The notes below the pieces were generated by a model, which had not been told where the DNA came from, did not search any database, and saw only the letters and a list, made by a program, of their open reading frames with translations. Both the position numbers and the translations under genes were made by a program. From Lentisphaerota bacterium (GTDB taxonomy: Bacteria > Verrucomicrobiota > Kiritimatiellia > PWTM01), in assembly GCA_016873715.1 (NCBI GenBank), contig VGWF01000001.1:64394-128393 (forward strand): a stretch of DNA of 64,000 nt, written 5' to 3'. Positions 9,201 to 18,128 of the stretch are shown in pieces (the stretch's first letter is position 1; every line of letters begins with the position of its first letter).

Positions 9201-9467
9201 GAGCTCGCGCCGGCGGGAACGGTGGCCGAGGTGGAGGTCGGGTTGCGCAACCACTCGCGGCAGCGGCAGACGGTGCACCTCGCGTGGGACGGCGACTTCC
9301 GCGGCGACCGGCTGGAGACCGTCCTTGAGCCCGAGGAGTCCAAGACGATGACGCTGCCCGTCGCCGGGGAGCCGGGCCGCAGCGGGCGCATCGAGGTGCG
9401 GGCCTCGGCCGGCGGACGGGAGATCCACCGCAGCGACGTCCGCATCCGCTTCCCGGAGGCCCCGTGA
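6225..9467 (+). CDS. Large secreted hypothetical protein (1080 aa) with N-terminal signal peptide
   Basis: Signal peptide MNAWIRGWTWAASALVLAAGAGAQA and balanced composition. The competing 1195-aa antisense ORF is Arg/Pro/Gly-rich junk. Confidence 0.6.
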   Translation: MNAWIRGWTWAASALVLAAGAGAQAPEAGWQVDVDTVRVANAALDLREAGLFRLADGSLVVRVRCGAVPAPESVRILLDVDEPTNGLAGTGADLMIEGDVLFRYPRFAKGWEWNEVSGVASVASEFGTRSMLLPAGVPAPRMRWAVETLDREWKTVDRLPAQGMVESRLEQLPEMGPSAGPPPASGLLITAAPPLVARFPALAQGAWAEDAAAKAMTFPLHGGAAAPVRFEVRPVGGAAEAMTPASAWRDGERVKWSGTNAGLSWTMLAVPGAAGDLWVAAEFQGGREAAFDFAASIGLPAWSWTVADGTRAGRPLDAQAWRGGGLGTTSPVGEARSQALWPFAVASSPSGTVALVADPDEPRPVFYEGGAQPPTVAIVHPMAVTPMTTRSPGRACVAFLVRGAAPSADPLRSAAAWWHGLLAPGATPPVPTQWLDTGADAAAARKIVGGPVAVEALRSGESGAVAEAWRYVRLRPWWCEMPVPRGVKADAAEAMRLLRFHAAAGGPLAWYAQSAILGAARGADDSVAMRAVATPGGTVLRVAVSTDPHFLTTPGAPWNRSMLEWAYATQFHDSPGMAAVLFDGLDGLGGLDHNRATLAAADRAAAHAAGSRLPGVPRALDAFEFLDAFRRAIGPGRRAIALADPFEEHAMFAPFADVTVFTDAARPADGGARAFRHRLLAGARPCVRVISGDFEWMDPATFRAALADSLFLGMIPSAGRDAAGRDYWSQPAWVARDAVALRTLVPLARRLAAAGWRVEGTASAAGEGIDVESFGSGELRMATVRNGGRASREVELAWSEVGGPVYVVQPLTAACDYLEPREGAIRSSLHLGPGEVAVLDLVPAPAVEAELGFLDGWNPSAGEGEAAAANLRALRREMEAGVGTWVSCAAPLIRGSRNAVAVRILNRGDSPLVIAEARLTGAGGAAAMLAEPRILGAGEAAGFTGELTDDLPGATPWVTLSWRLQRGDREWISTRRLRAAFVAPVEVMPARAELAPAGTVAEVEVGLRNHSRQRQTVHLAWDGDFRGDRLETVLEPEESKTMTLPVAGEPGRSGRIEVRASAGGREIHRSDVRIRFPEAP

Positions 9468-9477
9468 CGGGCGCGGC

Positions 9478-12400
9478 ATGATCCACCTGACCGAGAAGAT
9501 GCTGCTGGAGTGGGCCGGCCAGAAGAAGTACCTGGAGGGCCGCCAGCTGCTCGACCGCGAGACGGTCAGCGATCTCGAGATCGACCCGCCGCTCGTGCGC
9601 GGCACGCTGAACAACGGCGCGCGCTCGCTTCGCACCGGCTTCCGCGTCGTGAGCCCGACCTGCGTCGAGAGCCTCTGCCCGTGCTACGACAACCGCGAGC
9701 GCGGCATCATCTGCTCGCACGTCGTCGCGCTGGCGATCGAGGTGCGGCGCCGCGCGGCCGACCCCGGCGAGGCGGAGCGGAGGGAGGCCGAGCGCCGGCG
9801 CGCCGCGCAGATGGCCGCCGTCCCGGAGGGAGCCTACCTGCGCCGCGCGAAGGGGGGCAACGGCGGCGGGGTGGTCGCGCGGATCGAGGCGGTGCTGCCC
9901 GCCGACTGGCCCGCGGCGTGGGCGGCCGGGCGCGTGGGCGTCGAGTGCTTCGCGGTGGCGAACGGCCGGCGCGTGTCGCTCGACCAGGTCCCGCGCGACC
10001 TGGCGCTGGCGCTGCCGGCGAAGGACGAAGCCCTGCTGTTCGTTCTCGAGGACATCGGCGGCGGGCCGCGCGGACGGCTGGACCTCGGGCGGGCGGACTT
10101 CCTCAATCTTCTCGAGGTGTGCGCCGGCCGGCCGATCCCGGTGGCCGGCGGCGCGCCGGCCCTCACCGTCCACACGGAGGCGCGGGTCGAATCGCGCATC
10201 CGCCTGGCGCTCGACGCGCAGACGGGCGAGATCGAGATGACGCTGCACACCGCGCTGCCGGCGCCCCCCGGCGCGGACGCGACGGTGCACCTCGTGCACC
10301 GCCACAAGGGGTGGGCCGGCACGACGTCGGCGCTGTGGCGCCTCGCGAAGACCCTGCCCGAGCCCCTGCACGGCGCCTACGCCCACGGCATCCGGATCCC
10401 GCGCCTCGCGGTGCCGCGCTTCCTCGGCAGCGAGTGGCCGGCGCTGGCGCAGTGGCTGCCGATCGAGACGACGATCTCGCCGGAGCTGTTCGCCATCGAG
10501 CCGGCGAAGCCGGGCTTCAAGCTGGCGGGGCGCGGGAGCCTGGCCTCGCTGACCGCGACGCTCTACGCGGAGTACGACGGCACCTCGCTGGTCGCCGGCA
10601 AGGCGGATCCGGCGGGCCAGTTCGCCATCCCCGATCCGTCGGACATCCTGCGCTACCTCGTCCGCAACCCCGGCGCCGAGACCGACGCCCTGCGTCTGCT
10701 CGCCGGTCTCGGCCTCACCGGCGACCCGGGCGACCGTCTCGCGCCGCTGATGGGCGAGCGCGCGGTCCTCAATTTCCTCGGCCGCAACCTGCCCGCGCTG
10801 CGGCGCCGCGGATGGAAGGTCGACATCCAGGGCCGCGCGGGCGGCTTCCTCGAGCAGTCGTCGTGGGCGACGCCGGTCGTGAGGATCACGCCGACCGGCG
10901 GCGGCGGCTGGTTCGAGGTCGAGTTCCACTTCGAGGACACGACGGGCGTGAGCCTCTCGCCGTCGGACATCCGCCGCGCGCTGCTGAAGGGCGAGTCGTT
11001 CGTCGACTGCGGCGGCCGGCCGGTGCTGTTCGACGCGAGCGCCGTCGAGGCGATGCAGGAGGTCTTCGAGGACTGCGCCTCGGCCGACGGCTCGAAGCCG
11101 GGCGCGTTCCGGCTGGCGGGCGTCTACGCCGCCTACGTGCGCGAGTCGCTCCACGCGCTCGACGGCGTCGATATCGAGGCCGACGCCGCGTGGCGCGCCG
11201 CGGTGGAGAAGCAGTCCGGCCGCGTCGGCGACGTGCCGGTGACGCTCGATCCCGCCCTGCAGGCCTTCCTGCGCCCGTACCAGCGCGAGGGCGTCGGCTG
11301 GCTTCGCTCGCTCGAGCAGTGCGGCTTCGCCGGGATCCTGGCCGACGAGATGGGCCTGGGCAAGACGGTGCAGACCCTCGCGTGGCTGCGCCTGGATCGG
11401 CTCAACCCCGAGGCGCGCGGGCGGCCCGCTCTGATCGTCTGCCCGACGAGCCTGATCGAGAACTGGGCGGAGGAGGCGGCGCGGTTCACGCCGTCGCTGC
11501 GCGTGCAGGTCATCGCCGGCCTCGACCGGCACGAGCGGTGGGACTCGCTCGGAAAGGCGGACCTCCTGATCACGTCCTACGCGCTGCTGCGCCGCGACCT
11601 CGACCGCCACCTGCAGCACCAGTTCGCGGTCGTCGTGCTCGACGAGGCGCAGCACATCAAGAACCGCGCCACGCGCAACGCGATCGCCGCGAAGCAGCTC
11701 AAGGCCTTCCACAAGCTGGTCCTCACCGGCACGCCGATGGAGAACAGCGTCGCGGACCTCTGGTCCATCATGGACTTCCTGATGCCGGGCTATCTCGGCT
11801 CCGGCGACGGCTTCCGCCGCCGCTACGAGCAGCCGATCGCCCAGGGCGCCGAGGCGGGCGAGGCCGCGCTCGTGCGGCTGCGGCGCAAGCTGCGGCCGTT
11901 CCTGATGCGCCGCATGAAGCGCGACGTCGCCCGCGAGCTTCCGCCGAAGATCGAGCGCGTCGCGCACTGCACGCTGACCGGCGACCAGCAGCGGGTCTAC
12001 AAGGAGCTGCTCGAGTCCTCGCGCCGCCGCATCGCCGACATGGTCGCGGAGCGCGGGTTCGACGCCTCGCGCATGGAGATCCTCCGGACGCTGCTGCGGC
12101 TGCGGCAGACGTGCTGCCACCTCGACCTGCTGCGGGTGGAGGGGCTCCGGAGCGAGTTCCCGTCGGCCAAGATGGACCTCCTCTTCGAACTGCTCGACGA
12201 GGCCCTCGACGGCGGCCACCGCGTGCTGGTCTTCAGCCAGTTCGTCTCGATGCTGACGATCCTCCGCGCCGAGATGGAACGGCGGCAGTGGCGCTACTGC
12301 TACCTCGACGGCGCGACGCAGGACCGCCTCTCGGTGGTCAAGCAGTTCAACGGCGACCGCGGCATCCCGGTCTTCCTGATCAGCCTCAAGGCCGGCGGCA

Positions 12401-12672
12401 CGGGGCTCAACCTCGTCGGCGCCGACATGGTGGTCCACTTCGACCCGTGGTGGAACCCGGCCGTCGAGAACCAGGCGACGGACCGCGCCTACCGGATCGG
12501 GCAGAAGCGGACGGTGTACAGCGTGAAGCTGATCGCGCGCGACACGGTCGAGGAGCGCGTCGTTGCGATGCAGCGGCGCAAGCAGCAGCTCATCGACGCG
12601 GCGGTCGAGGCCGGCGGGGCGTCGATCCACCGCATGTCGTGGGACGATGTGAAGGAGATCCTGGACCTTTAG
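9478..12672 (+). CDS. SNF2-family ATP-dependent helicase with N-terminal SWIM zinc finger
   Basis: SWIM motif CPCYDNRERGIICSHVVA. SNF2 motif I LADEMGLGKTVQTLAW. DEAQHIKN box. Helicase-C motifs GGTGLNLVGADMVVHFDPWWNP and TDRAYRIGQKR. Confidence 0.85.
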   Translation: MIHLTEKMLLEWAGQKKYLEGRQLLDRETVSDLEIDPPLVRGTLNNGARSLRTGFRVVSPTCVESLCPCYDNRERGIICSHVVALAIEVRRRAADPGEAERREAERRRAAQMAAVPEGAYLRRAKGGNGGGVVARIEAVLPADWPAAWAAGRVGVECFAVANGRRVSLDQVPRDLALALPAKDEALLFVLEDIGGGPRGRLDLGRADFLNLLEVCAGRPIPVAGGAPALTVHTEARVESRIRLALDAQTGEIEMTLHTALPAPPGADATVHLVHRHKGWAGTTSALWRLAKTLPEPLHGAYAHGIRIPRLAVPRFLGSEWPALAQWLPIETTISPELFAIEPAKPGFKLAGRGSLASLTATLYAEYDGTSLVAGKADPAGQFAIPDPSDILRYLVRNPGAETDALRLLAGLGLTGDPGDRLAPLMGERAVLNFLGRNLPALRRRGWKVDIQGRAGGFLEQSSWATPVVRITPTGGGGWFEVEFHFEDTTGVSLSPSDIRRALLKGESFVDCGGRPVLFDASAVEAMQEVFEDCASADGSKPGAFRLAGVYAAYVRESLHALDGVDIEADAAWRAAVEKQSGRVGDVPVTLDPALQAFLRPYQREGVGWLRSLEQCGFAGILADEMGLGKTVQTLAWLRLDRLNPEARGRPALIVCPTSLIENWAEEAARFTPSLRVQVIAGLDRHERWDSLGKADLLITSYALLRRDLDRHLQHQFAVVVLDEAQHIKNRATRNAIAAKQLKAFHKLVLTGTPMENSVADLWSIMDFLMPGYLGSGDGFRRRYEQPIAQGAEAGEAALVRLRRKLRPFLMRRMKRDVARELPPKIERVAHCTLTGDQQRVYKELLESSRRRIADMVAERGFDASRMEILRTLLRLRQTCCHLDLLRVEGLRSEFPSAKMDLLFELLDEALDGGHRVLVFSQFVSMLTILRAEMERRQWRYCYLDGATQDRLSVVKQFNGDRGIPVFLISLKAGGTGLNLVGADMVVHFDPWWNPAVENQATDRAYRIGQKRTVYSVKLIARDTVEERVVAMQRRKQQLIDAAVEAGGASIHRMSWDDVKEILDL

Positions 12673-12751
12673 GCGGCGCGGGATTCGGGCTTGCCCGCCG
12701 GATCGGGGGCTGGCACCATCCGCGCCGCGCGCGGGGCGGAGGAGCGGGACG

Positions 12752-13915
12752 GTGGCGCAGAACAGACTGGAAAAACTTGAGAACCACGTGCTGGCGGTCA
12801 TCGAGGGCCGCCGGACGGGGCCGGGGCCGACGGTGCTGCGGGGATTCCTGGGCGCCCTGTCGCTGGTCTTCCGCGCCGCCGTCCAGTCGCGCCTGTGGCT
12901 CTACCGGCAGGGCATCCTCCGCAACCACCTGCTCGGCTGCCAGGTGCTGAGCGTCGGCAACCTGACCGTCGGCGGCACCGGCAAGACGCCGGTCGTGGAG
13001 AGCCTGGCCCGCGAACTCCAGCGCCGCGGCCGCAAGGTGGCGGTGCTGAGCCGCGGCTACAAGAAGACCCAGCCGACGCTCGGGCGGCGCGTGTCCGGCC
13101 TGCTCACCGGCCGCCGGCGCACGCAGGAGCCGCTGGTGGTCTCCGACGGGCGGCGGCTGCTGCTCGACTCGGCGACCGGGGGCGACGAGCCCTTCATGCT
13201 CGCCTCGAACCTGCCCGACGTCGCCGTGATCGTCGGGCGCGACCGCGTCAAGAGCGGGCGCTACGCGATCCAGAAGCTCGGCTGCGACACGCTGATCCTG
13301 GACGACGGCTTCCAGTACCTTCGCCTCAAGCACCGCCTCGACATCGCGCTCGTCGACCGCACCAATCCCTTCGGGCACGGGCGCCTGCTGCCTCGCGGCC
13401 TGCTGCGCGAGCCGGCTCGGAACATCCGGCGCGCGGGGTTCATCTTCATCACGAAGTCCCACGGCGACGGCGCCGACGACCTCAAGGCCATGCTCCGGCG
13501 CCTGAACCCGGACGCCGAGATCTCGGAGTGCCGCCACTGCCCGCGCCACCTCCAGGACGTCTTCACGCGGGAGCGCAAGCCCCTCGAGTTCCTGAAGGGG
13601 CTCGACGTCGCCGCGATCTCGGCCATCGCCTCGCCGAAGGGGTTCGAGGACAGTCTCGTCTCCCTCGGCGCGCGGGTGCTGCACCACAAGCGGTTCGCCG
13701 ACCATCACCGCTACACGCAGCAGGAACTCATCGAGGCGATCAACCGCGGCCTCGCGCGCGGGGCGAAGGCGCTGATCACGACGGAGAAGGACGCCGTCCG
13801 GTTGCCCCACATCGAGCGGCGCGACCTGCCGGTGTACTTCCTGCGCGTCGAGATCGAGATGCTGTCGGGATCGGAGGCCTTTCGTGACTGGATCGCCCGG
13901 ATCTGCTTCCGCTGA
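12752..13915 (+). CDS. lpxK: Tetraacyldisaccharide 4'-kinase
   Basis: P-loop [25 protein letters not shown] and ...VLSRGYKK are characteristic of LpxK. Confidence 0.85.
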   Translation: MAQNRLEKLENHVLAVIEGRRTGPGPTVLRGFLGALSLVFRAAVQSRLWLYRQGILRNHLLGCQVLSVGNLTVGGTGKTPVVESLARELQRRGRKVAVLSRGYKKTQPTLGRRVSGLLTGRRRTQEPLVVSDGRRLLLDSATGGDEPFMLASNLPDVAVIVGRDRVKSGRYAIQKLGCDTLILDDGFQYLRLKHRLDIALVDRTNPFGHGRLLPRGLLREPARNIRRAGFIFITKSHGDGADDLKAMLRRLNPDAEISECRHCPRHLQDVFTRERKPLEFLKGLDVAAISAIASPKGFEDSLVSLGARVLHHKRFADHHRYTQQELIEAINRGLARGAKALITTEKDAVRLPHIERRDLPVYFLRVEIEMLSGSEAFRDWIARICFR

Positions 13916-14960
13916 TCCCGCGGCCGGAGCGGAGGCCGTCCTCGCCGTCGGCGTCAACTGGATCGGCGACGCGGTCATGTCGATGCCCGCCCTGCAGGCG
14001 TGGCGCGCCCGCCGTCCGTCCGCCCGGCTGACGATGCTGGTGAAGCCCGGGCTGGTCCCGCTCTGGCGCATGCACGCGGCGCCGGACGAGGTCGTCGCGA
14101 TCGCCCCCGGGTCCGCCGGGGCGGTGCGCACCGGCCTCGCGCTGCGGGCGCGCCGGTTCGACATCGCGTACGTCCTTCCCCACTCCTTCCGCTCCGCGTG
14201 GATCGCCGCGTGGGCCGGCGCCCGGGAGCGGGTCGGGCTCGCCGGCCCCGCCCGCGGCCTCCTCGGCATCCGCGTCGTGCGCCCGCACGCGGAGCCCGGA
14301 CGGCGCCACCAGCAGTACGAGTACCTCGACCTCCTGCTCGGCCCGGGCGCCGGCGCGGTCCCGGAGCCGCCGGCGCTGCGGATCCCGCCGGAGGCCGCGG
14401 AGGCGGCCGCGCGGCTGACCGCGGGGCTGCCGCCGGGTCCGCTCGTCGCCGTCATGCCGGGCGCCGCGCGCGGCCCGTCGAAGCGATGGCCCGCCGAACG
14501 GTTCGTGGAGGTCGCGCGGCGGCTGGCGGCCGGCGGCGTCGCCGTGGTCGCCCTCGGCGCGGCGGCGGAGGCGGAGGATTGCGCGGCGGTCGCCGCCGCC
14601 GCGGGCGGACGCGGGCGGAGCCTCGCGGGCCGCACCGACATCCCGCAGTGGGCCGCCGTGCTCGCGTCGTGCGCGCTGGCCGTCTCCAACGACAGCGGCG
14701 GGATGCACCTCGCGGCGGCGGCGGGGACGCCGGTCGTCGCCGTCTTCGGCCTCACAGACCCGGAGCGCACCGGCCCGCTGGGGCCGGCCTGCGACGTCGT
14801 GCAGGCGCCGGGCGCCCGTTCGCGCGACGTCGCGCGCGACGACGCCGACGCGGTCCGGAGGCTCGGGGCCGTCACCGTGGAGGCCGTGCTGGCGCGCTGC
14901 GAATCGCGGCTGGCGGCCGGCGCGCGCCCCGCGGCGGGAGGCGCCCCGTGCGTCCGCTGA
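13884..14960 (+). CDS. Glycosyltransferase family 9 (ADP-heptose:LPS heptosyltransferase-like)
   Basis: GT9 N-terminal pattern (VNWIGDAVMSMPALQAWR ... LTMLVKPGL) and C-terminal LVSNDSGGMHLAAAAGTPVVAVFG. Start uncertain because it overlaps the lpxK 3' end. Confidence 0.7.
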   Translation: MTGSPGSASADPAAGAEAVLAVGVNWIGDAVMSMPALQAWRARRPSARLTMLVKPGLVPLWRMHAAPDEVVAIAPGSAGAVRTGLALRARRFDIAYVLPHSFRSAWIAAWAGARERVGLAGPARGLLGIRVVRPHAEPGRRHQQYEYLDLLLGPGAGAVPEPPALRIPPEAAEAAARLTAGLPPGPLVAVMPGAARGPSKRWPAERFVEVARRLAAGGVAVVALGAAAEAEDCAAVAAAAGGRGRSLAGRTDIPQWAAVLASCALAVSNDSGGMHLAAAAGTPVVAVFGLTDPERTGPLGPACDVVQAPGARSRDVARDDADAVRRLGAVTVEAVLARCESRLAAGARPAAGGAPCVR

Positions 14961-15763
14961 TCTCCGCCTGCGTGACGGCCGGCAACGAGGAGCGCAACAT
15001 CGCGCGATGCCTCGAGAGCCTTCGCTGGTGCGACGAGATCGTCGTCGTCGACAGCTTCAGCCGGGACGGCACCGTCGAGATCTGCCGGCGCTACACCGAC
15101 CGCGTCGTCCAGCACGAGTGGCTCGGCTACATCGGGCAGAAGAACCACGCCATCGGCCTCGCCTCCCACTCGTGGGTCCTGGTGCTCGATGCCGACGAGG
15201 AGGTTTCGCCCGGACTGCGCGACGAGATCCTCGCGGCGCTCGAGGCCGACGGCAACGACTACGGCGGCTACCTGTTCCCGCGGCAGGTGCACTACCTCGG
15301 CCGGTGGATCCGCCACGGCGAGTGGTACCCGGACGTGAAGCTCCGGCTCTTCCGCCGCGAACTCGGCCGCGCCGAGGGCCGCGAGCCGCACGACCACATC
15401 GTCGTCCGCGGCCGGATCCGCCGGCTGGAGCACCCGATCCACCACTACACCTACGACGACCTGCGCGACCACGTCGAGACGATGAACCGCTTCTCCTCGA
15501 TCACCGCTCGGGAGCAGTTCCGCGAAGGCCGGCGGTTCCACTGGACCGACATCCTGTTCCGGCCCCTCTGGCGGTTCCTGAAGGCCTACGTCTTCAAGCG
15601 CGGGTTCCTCGACGGACGCCGCGGCCTGCTGATCGCCTCGATCAGCGCGTTCGGCGTGATGGTGAAGTTCGCGAAGCTCTGGGAACAGGAGGTCGCGGAG
15701 AGGTCGCGGACGAGGGGCGCGAAGGCCCCGGCGGAGGGCGATCCCCCCGGTCAGGGCGACTGA
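14948..15763 (+). CDS. Family 2 glycosyltransferase (LPS core biosynthesis type)
   Basis: ISACVTAGNEERNIARCLESLRWCDEIVVVDSFSRDGT and the DxD-like VLVLDADEE motif. GTG start overlaps the GT9 stop. Confidence 0.75.
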   Translation: MRPLISACVTAGNEERNIARCLESLRWCDEIVVVDSFSRDGTVEICRRYTDRVVQHEWLGYIGQKNHAIGLASHSWVLVLDADEEVSPGLRDEILAALEADGNDYGGYLFPRQVHYLGRWIRHGEWYPDVKLRLFRRELGRAEGREPHDHIVVRGRIRRLEHPIHHYTYDDLRDHVETMNRFSSITAREQFREGRRFHWTDILFRPLWRFLKAYVFKRGFLDGRRGLLIASISAFGVMVKFAKLWEQEVAERSRTRGAKAPAEGDPPGQGD

Positions 15764-16023
15764 TGGCGAAGCAGCCAGGCCGTGAAGGCGATCACGACGA
15801 GGATCGCCGCGGCGAGGAGCCCGATGCCCGTCCAGAGCCCGGCCTGCAGATCCGTCTGCCGCAGGCCCGCGGCTCGCGACGCGTGAAGCCCCGGGCGGTT
15901 GCGGAAGCGGCTCCCGGGCGTCTCCGGCCTCTTGTAGATGTCGCTCACGATGTCGCTGCGCCCGGGCGCGATTGTACAAGAGCCCCTCCGGGGGGCCATG
16001 GGCGGCGCGGAGGAACGGGGCAT
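15751..16023 (-). CDS. Small tail-anchored membrane protein (90 aa), translationally coupled to the AraC regulator
   Basis: C-terminal TM helix LWTGIGLLAAAILVVIAFTAWLL. Its ATG overlaps the AraC stop (ATGA on the minus strand). No similarity recognised. Confidence 0.3.
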   Translation of the reverse strand: MPRSSAPPMAPRRGSCTIAPGRSDIVSDIYKRPETPGSRFRNRPGLHASRAAGLRQTDLQAGLWTGIGLLAAAILVVIAFTAWLLRHQSP

Positions 16024-16916
16024 CAGGGATTCCCTGATGCCCGGGAAGGCGGCGCGTCCCGGCCGAGGCCGATGAAGCGGGCCGGCGAGACGCCGAAGAC
16101 GCGCTTGAACGTCCGCGAGAAGTGGAACGGATCCGCGAAGTCCAGGTCGGCGGCGACGGTCCGCACCATGGCGCCGGGGCGGCGGAGCAGGTCGGCGGCG
16201 TGGTTCATCCGCAGCCGGGCGAGGTGCCGGCAGGGGCTTTCGCGGGCGAAGCGGCGGAACAGGCGGCACAGGTAGGCGGGGTCGATGTGGCAGTCGCGCG
16301 CGATGCGGTCGAGCGAGTCGAGCTCGCGCCAGCGGGCGTCGATGTGCCGCCGGCAGCGCTCGTAGGTCGCAAAGGCGGCCGACTCCGCGTCGCGGCAGGG
16401 GACGGCCGACTCGGCCAGCCGCAGCACCAGGGCCTCGAGCACGAGCCGGCAGAGCCGCCGGGTGTGCCGCGTGGTGCGGAGGCCGCAGCGGATGAGATCC
16501 TCGAAGGCCGCGAGGACCTCGGCCGGCGCCGAGGTCTGCGCCACCGTCCCCGGCGACAGGCCGTGGCGGGCCAGCAGCGCGACGGCGTCGGGGCCGGCGA
16601 AGTCGACGAAGTACTTCACGAGCGGCCGCCGGGGGTCCGTCGCGATGTCCTGCGCGACGCGCGGGCCGTACGTGAAGAAGAGACCGGGCGTCAGCCGGTG
16701 GCCGGCGCCCCGGAGCGTGAGCGAACCGCACCCGCCGGCGACGAACTCGATCGAGGCGTAGCGGAAGCCGGGCCGGGTGATCCGGTAGTCCGGCGCGCAG
16801 TGCTCGCACCCGCCGGAGACCACCGCGAGACGGGCCGCCGCGGGCGGCGCGGGGTCGAGGTAGAACCGCCGCGCCTCCGACACCTGCGCGGAGAAGAATC
16901 CCGGGGCGCCCTTCAT
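16023..16916 (-). CDS. AraC-family transcriptional regulator
   Basis: C-terminal HTH-AraC region (IARDCHIDPAYLCRLFRRFARESPCRHLARLRMNHAADLL ... FADPFHFSRTFKRVFGVSPARF). Start could also be the upstream ATG at 16958. Confidence 0.75.
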   Translation of the reverse strand: MKGAPGFFSAQVSEARRFYLDPAPPAAARLAVVSGGCEHCAPDYRITRPGFRYASIEFVAGGCGSLTLRGAGHRLTPGLFFTYGPRVAQDIATDPRRPLVKYFVDFAGPDAVALLARHGLSPGTVAQTSAPAEVLAAFEDLIRCGLRTTRHTRRLCRLVLEALVLRLAESAVPCRDAESAAFATYERCRRHIDARWRELDSLDRIARDCHIDPAYLCRLFRRFARESPCRHLARLRMNHAADLLRRPGAMVRTVAADLDFADPFHFSRTFKRVFGVSPARFIGLGRDAPPSRASGNP

Positions 16917-17068
16917 CGGCCGTGATCCTGCCGCCGGACCGCCTCCGGGGGAAGTCAAAAATCGGCATGCGGGCGCCAGCGGACGGCATTCCCCCGGGAC
17001 CGCGCCCGGTCTAGGATGCGCGCGTGGATGCGACGGGGCCCGCGCGGCCCGGGAAAGGACGGACGGAC

Positions 17069-18121
17069 ATGGCGACGAGGAAGCCGGCGACGGCGGCGAC
17101 GATGCGGAACAAGGACGACCTGATCGTGATCGGGGGCGCGGGCGGCTTCATCGGGGGCGCGCTCACCCGCCGCTTCCACGACCAGGGGTTCGCGCGGATC
17201 CGGGCGGTCGACAAGAAGCCGCTGCCCCGGTGGTACCAGCGCGTGCCGGGCGTCGAGAGCCTCTGCCTCGACCTGAGCGATCCCGGCGCCTGCGAGCGGG
17301 CCTGCGAGGGCGCCGTCGAGGTCTACAACCTGGCGGCGGACATGGGCGGCATGGGGTTCATCGAGCGTTTCCGCATCGAGTGCCTCCGCAGCATCCTCAT
17401 CAACACGAACCTGATCGAGGCCGCGTACCGCGCCGGGGTGGACCGCTACTTCTTCGCCTCGTCCGCGTGCGCCTACAACACCCTCCTGCAGCAGGATCCG
17501 GACGTCCGCGCGCTGAAGGAGAGCGATGCCTACCCCGCCATGGCCGAGCGCGGCTACGGGTGGGAGAAGCTGATGTCCGAGATGGTCTGCCAGGAGTACA
17601 CCGCCGAGCGCGGCATGAAGACGGCCATCGCCCGGTTCCACAACGTCTACGGCCCGTGGGGCACGTGGGACGGCGGCCGCGAGAAGGCGCCGGCGGCGAT
17701 CTGCCGCAAGGTGATCGAGGCGAAGGGGAGCGGCGACCACCGGATCACGATCTGGGGCGACGGCACGCAGACGCGGTCCTTCATGTACATCGATGACTGC
17801 GTCCTCGGGATCGACCGGATCATGCACTGCGAGCGCCTCGTCGCAACGCCGATCAACCTCGGATCGGACGAACTGGTCTCGATCAACGACCTCGTCTCCC
17901 TCGCCGAGTCCATCGGCGGCGTGAGGCTGAAGCGATCCTACGACCCCGGGGCCCCGCGGGGCGTCGCCGGACGGAACAGCGACAACACCATGATCCGGTC
18001 GATCCTCGGCTGGGAGCCCGGGACCCCGCTGCGCGCCGGCCTCGCGAAGACCTACCGGTGGATCGAGGGGCAGGTGCGCGACCGCCGCGCCGGACGGCAT
18101 ACCGTCAAGGACGAGGCCTGA
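17069..18121 (+). CDS. NAD-dependent sugar-nucleotide epimerase, GDP-mannose 3,5-epimerase homolog
   Basis: GAGGFIGGAL Rossmann motif. NLAADMGGMGFI and FHNVYGPWGTWDGGREKAPAAICRK closely match plant GME motifs (NLAADMGGMGFI / FHNIYGPFGTWKGGREKAPAAFCRK). An upstream in-frame ATG at 17024 is also possible. Confidence 0.8.
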   Translation: MATRKPATAATMRNKDDLIVIGGAGGFIGGALTRRFHDQGFARIRAVDKKPLPRWYQRVPGVESLCLDLSDPGACERACEGAVEVYNLAADMGGMGFIERFRIECLRSILINTNLIEAAYRAGVDRYFFASSACAYNTLLQQDPDVRALKESDAYPAMAERGYGWEKLMSEMVCQEYTAERGMKTAIARFHNVYGPWGTWDGGREKAPAAICRKVIEAKGSGDHRITIWGDGTQTRSFMYIDDCVLGIDRIMHCERLVATPINLGSDELVSINDLVSLAESIGGVRLKRSYDPGAPRGVAGRNSDNTMIRSILGWEPGTPLRAGLAKTYRWIEGQVRDRRAGRHTVKDEA

Positions 18122-18128
18122 CGGGCGG

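Noticed and set aside
6048-9635. 1195-aa minus-strand ORF antisense to the secreted-protein gene
   Set aside because: Extreme Arg/Pro/Gly/Ala composition typical of antisense frames in ~70% GC DNA. The plus-strand ORF has a signal peptide and normal composition.
9052-15979. Very long minus-strand ORFs (9052..12801, 12590..15979) opposite the SNF2 helicase, lpxK and glycosyltransferase genes
   Set aside because: Low-complexity R/P/G/A-rich translations. The plus-strand genes carry unambiguous SNF2, LpxK, GT9 and GT2 motifs.
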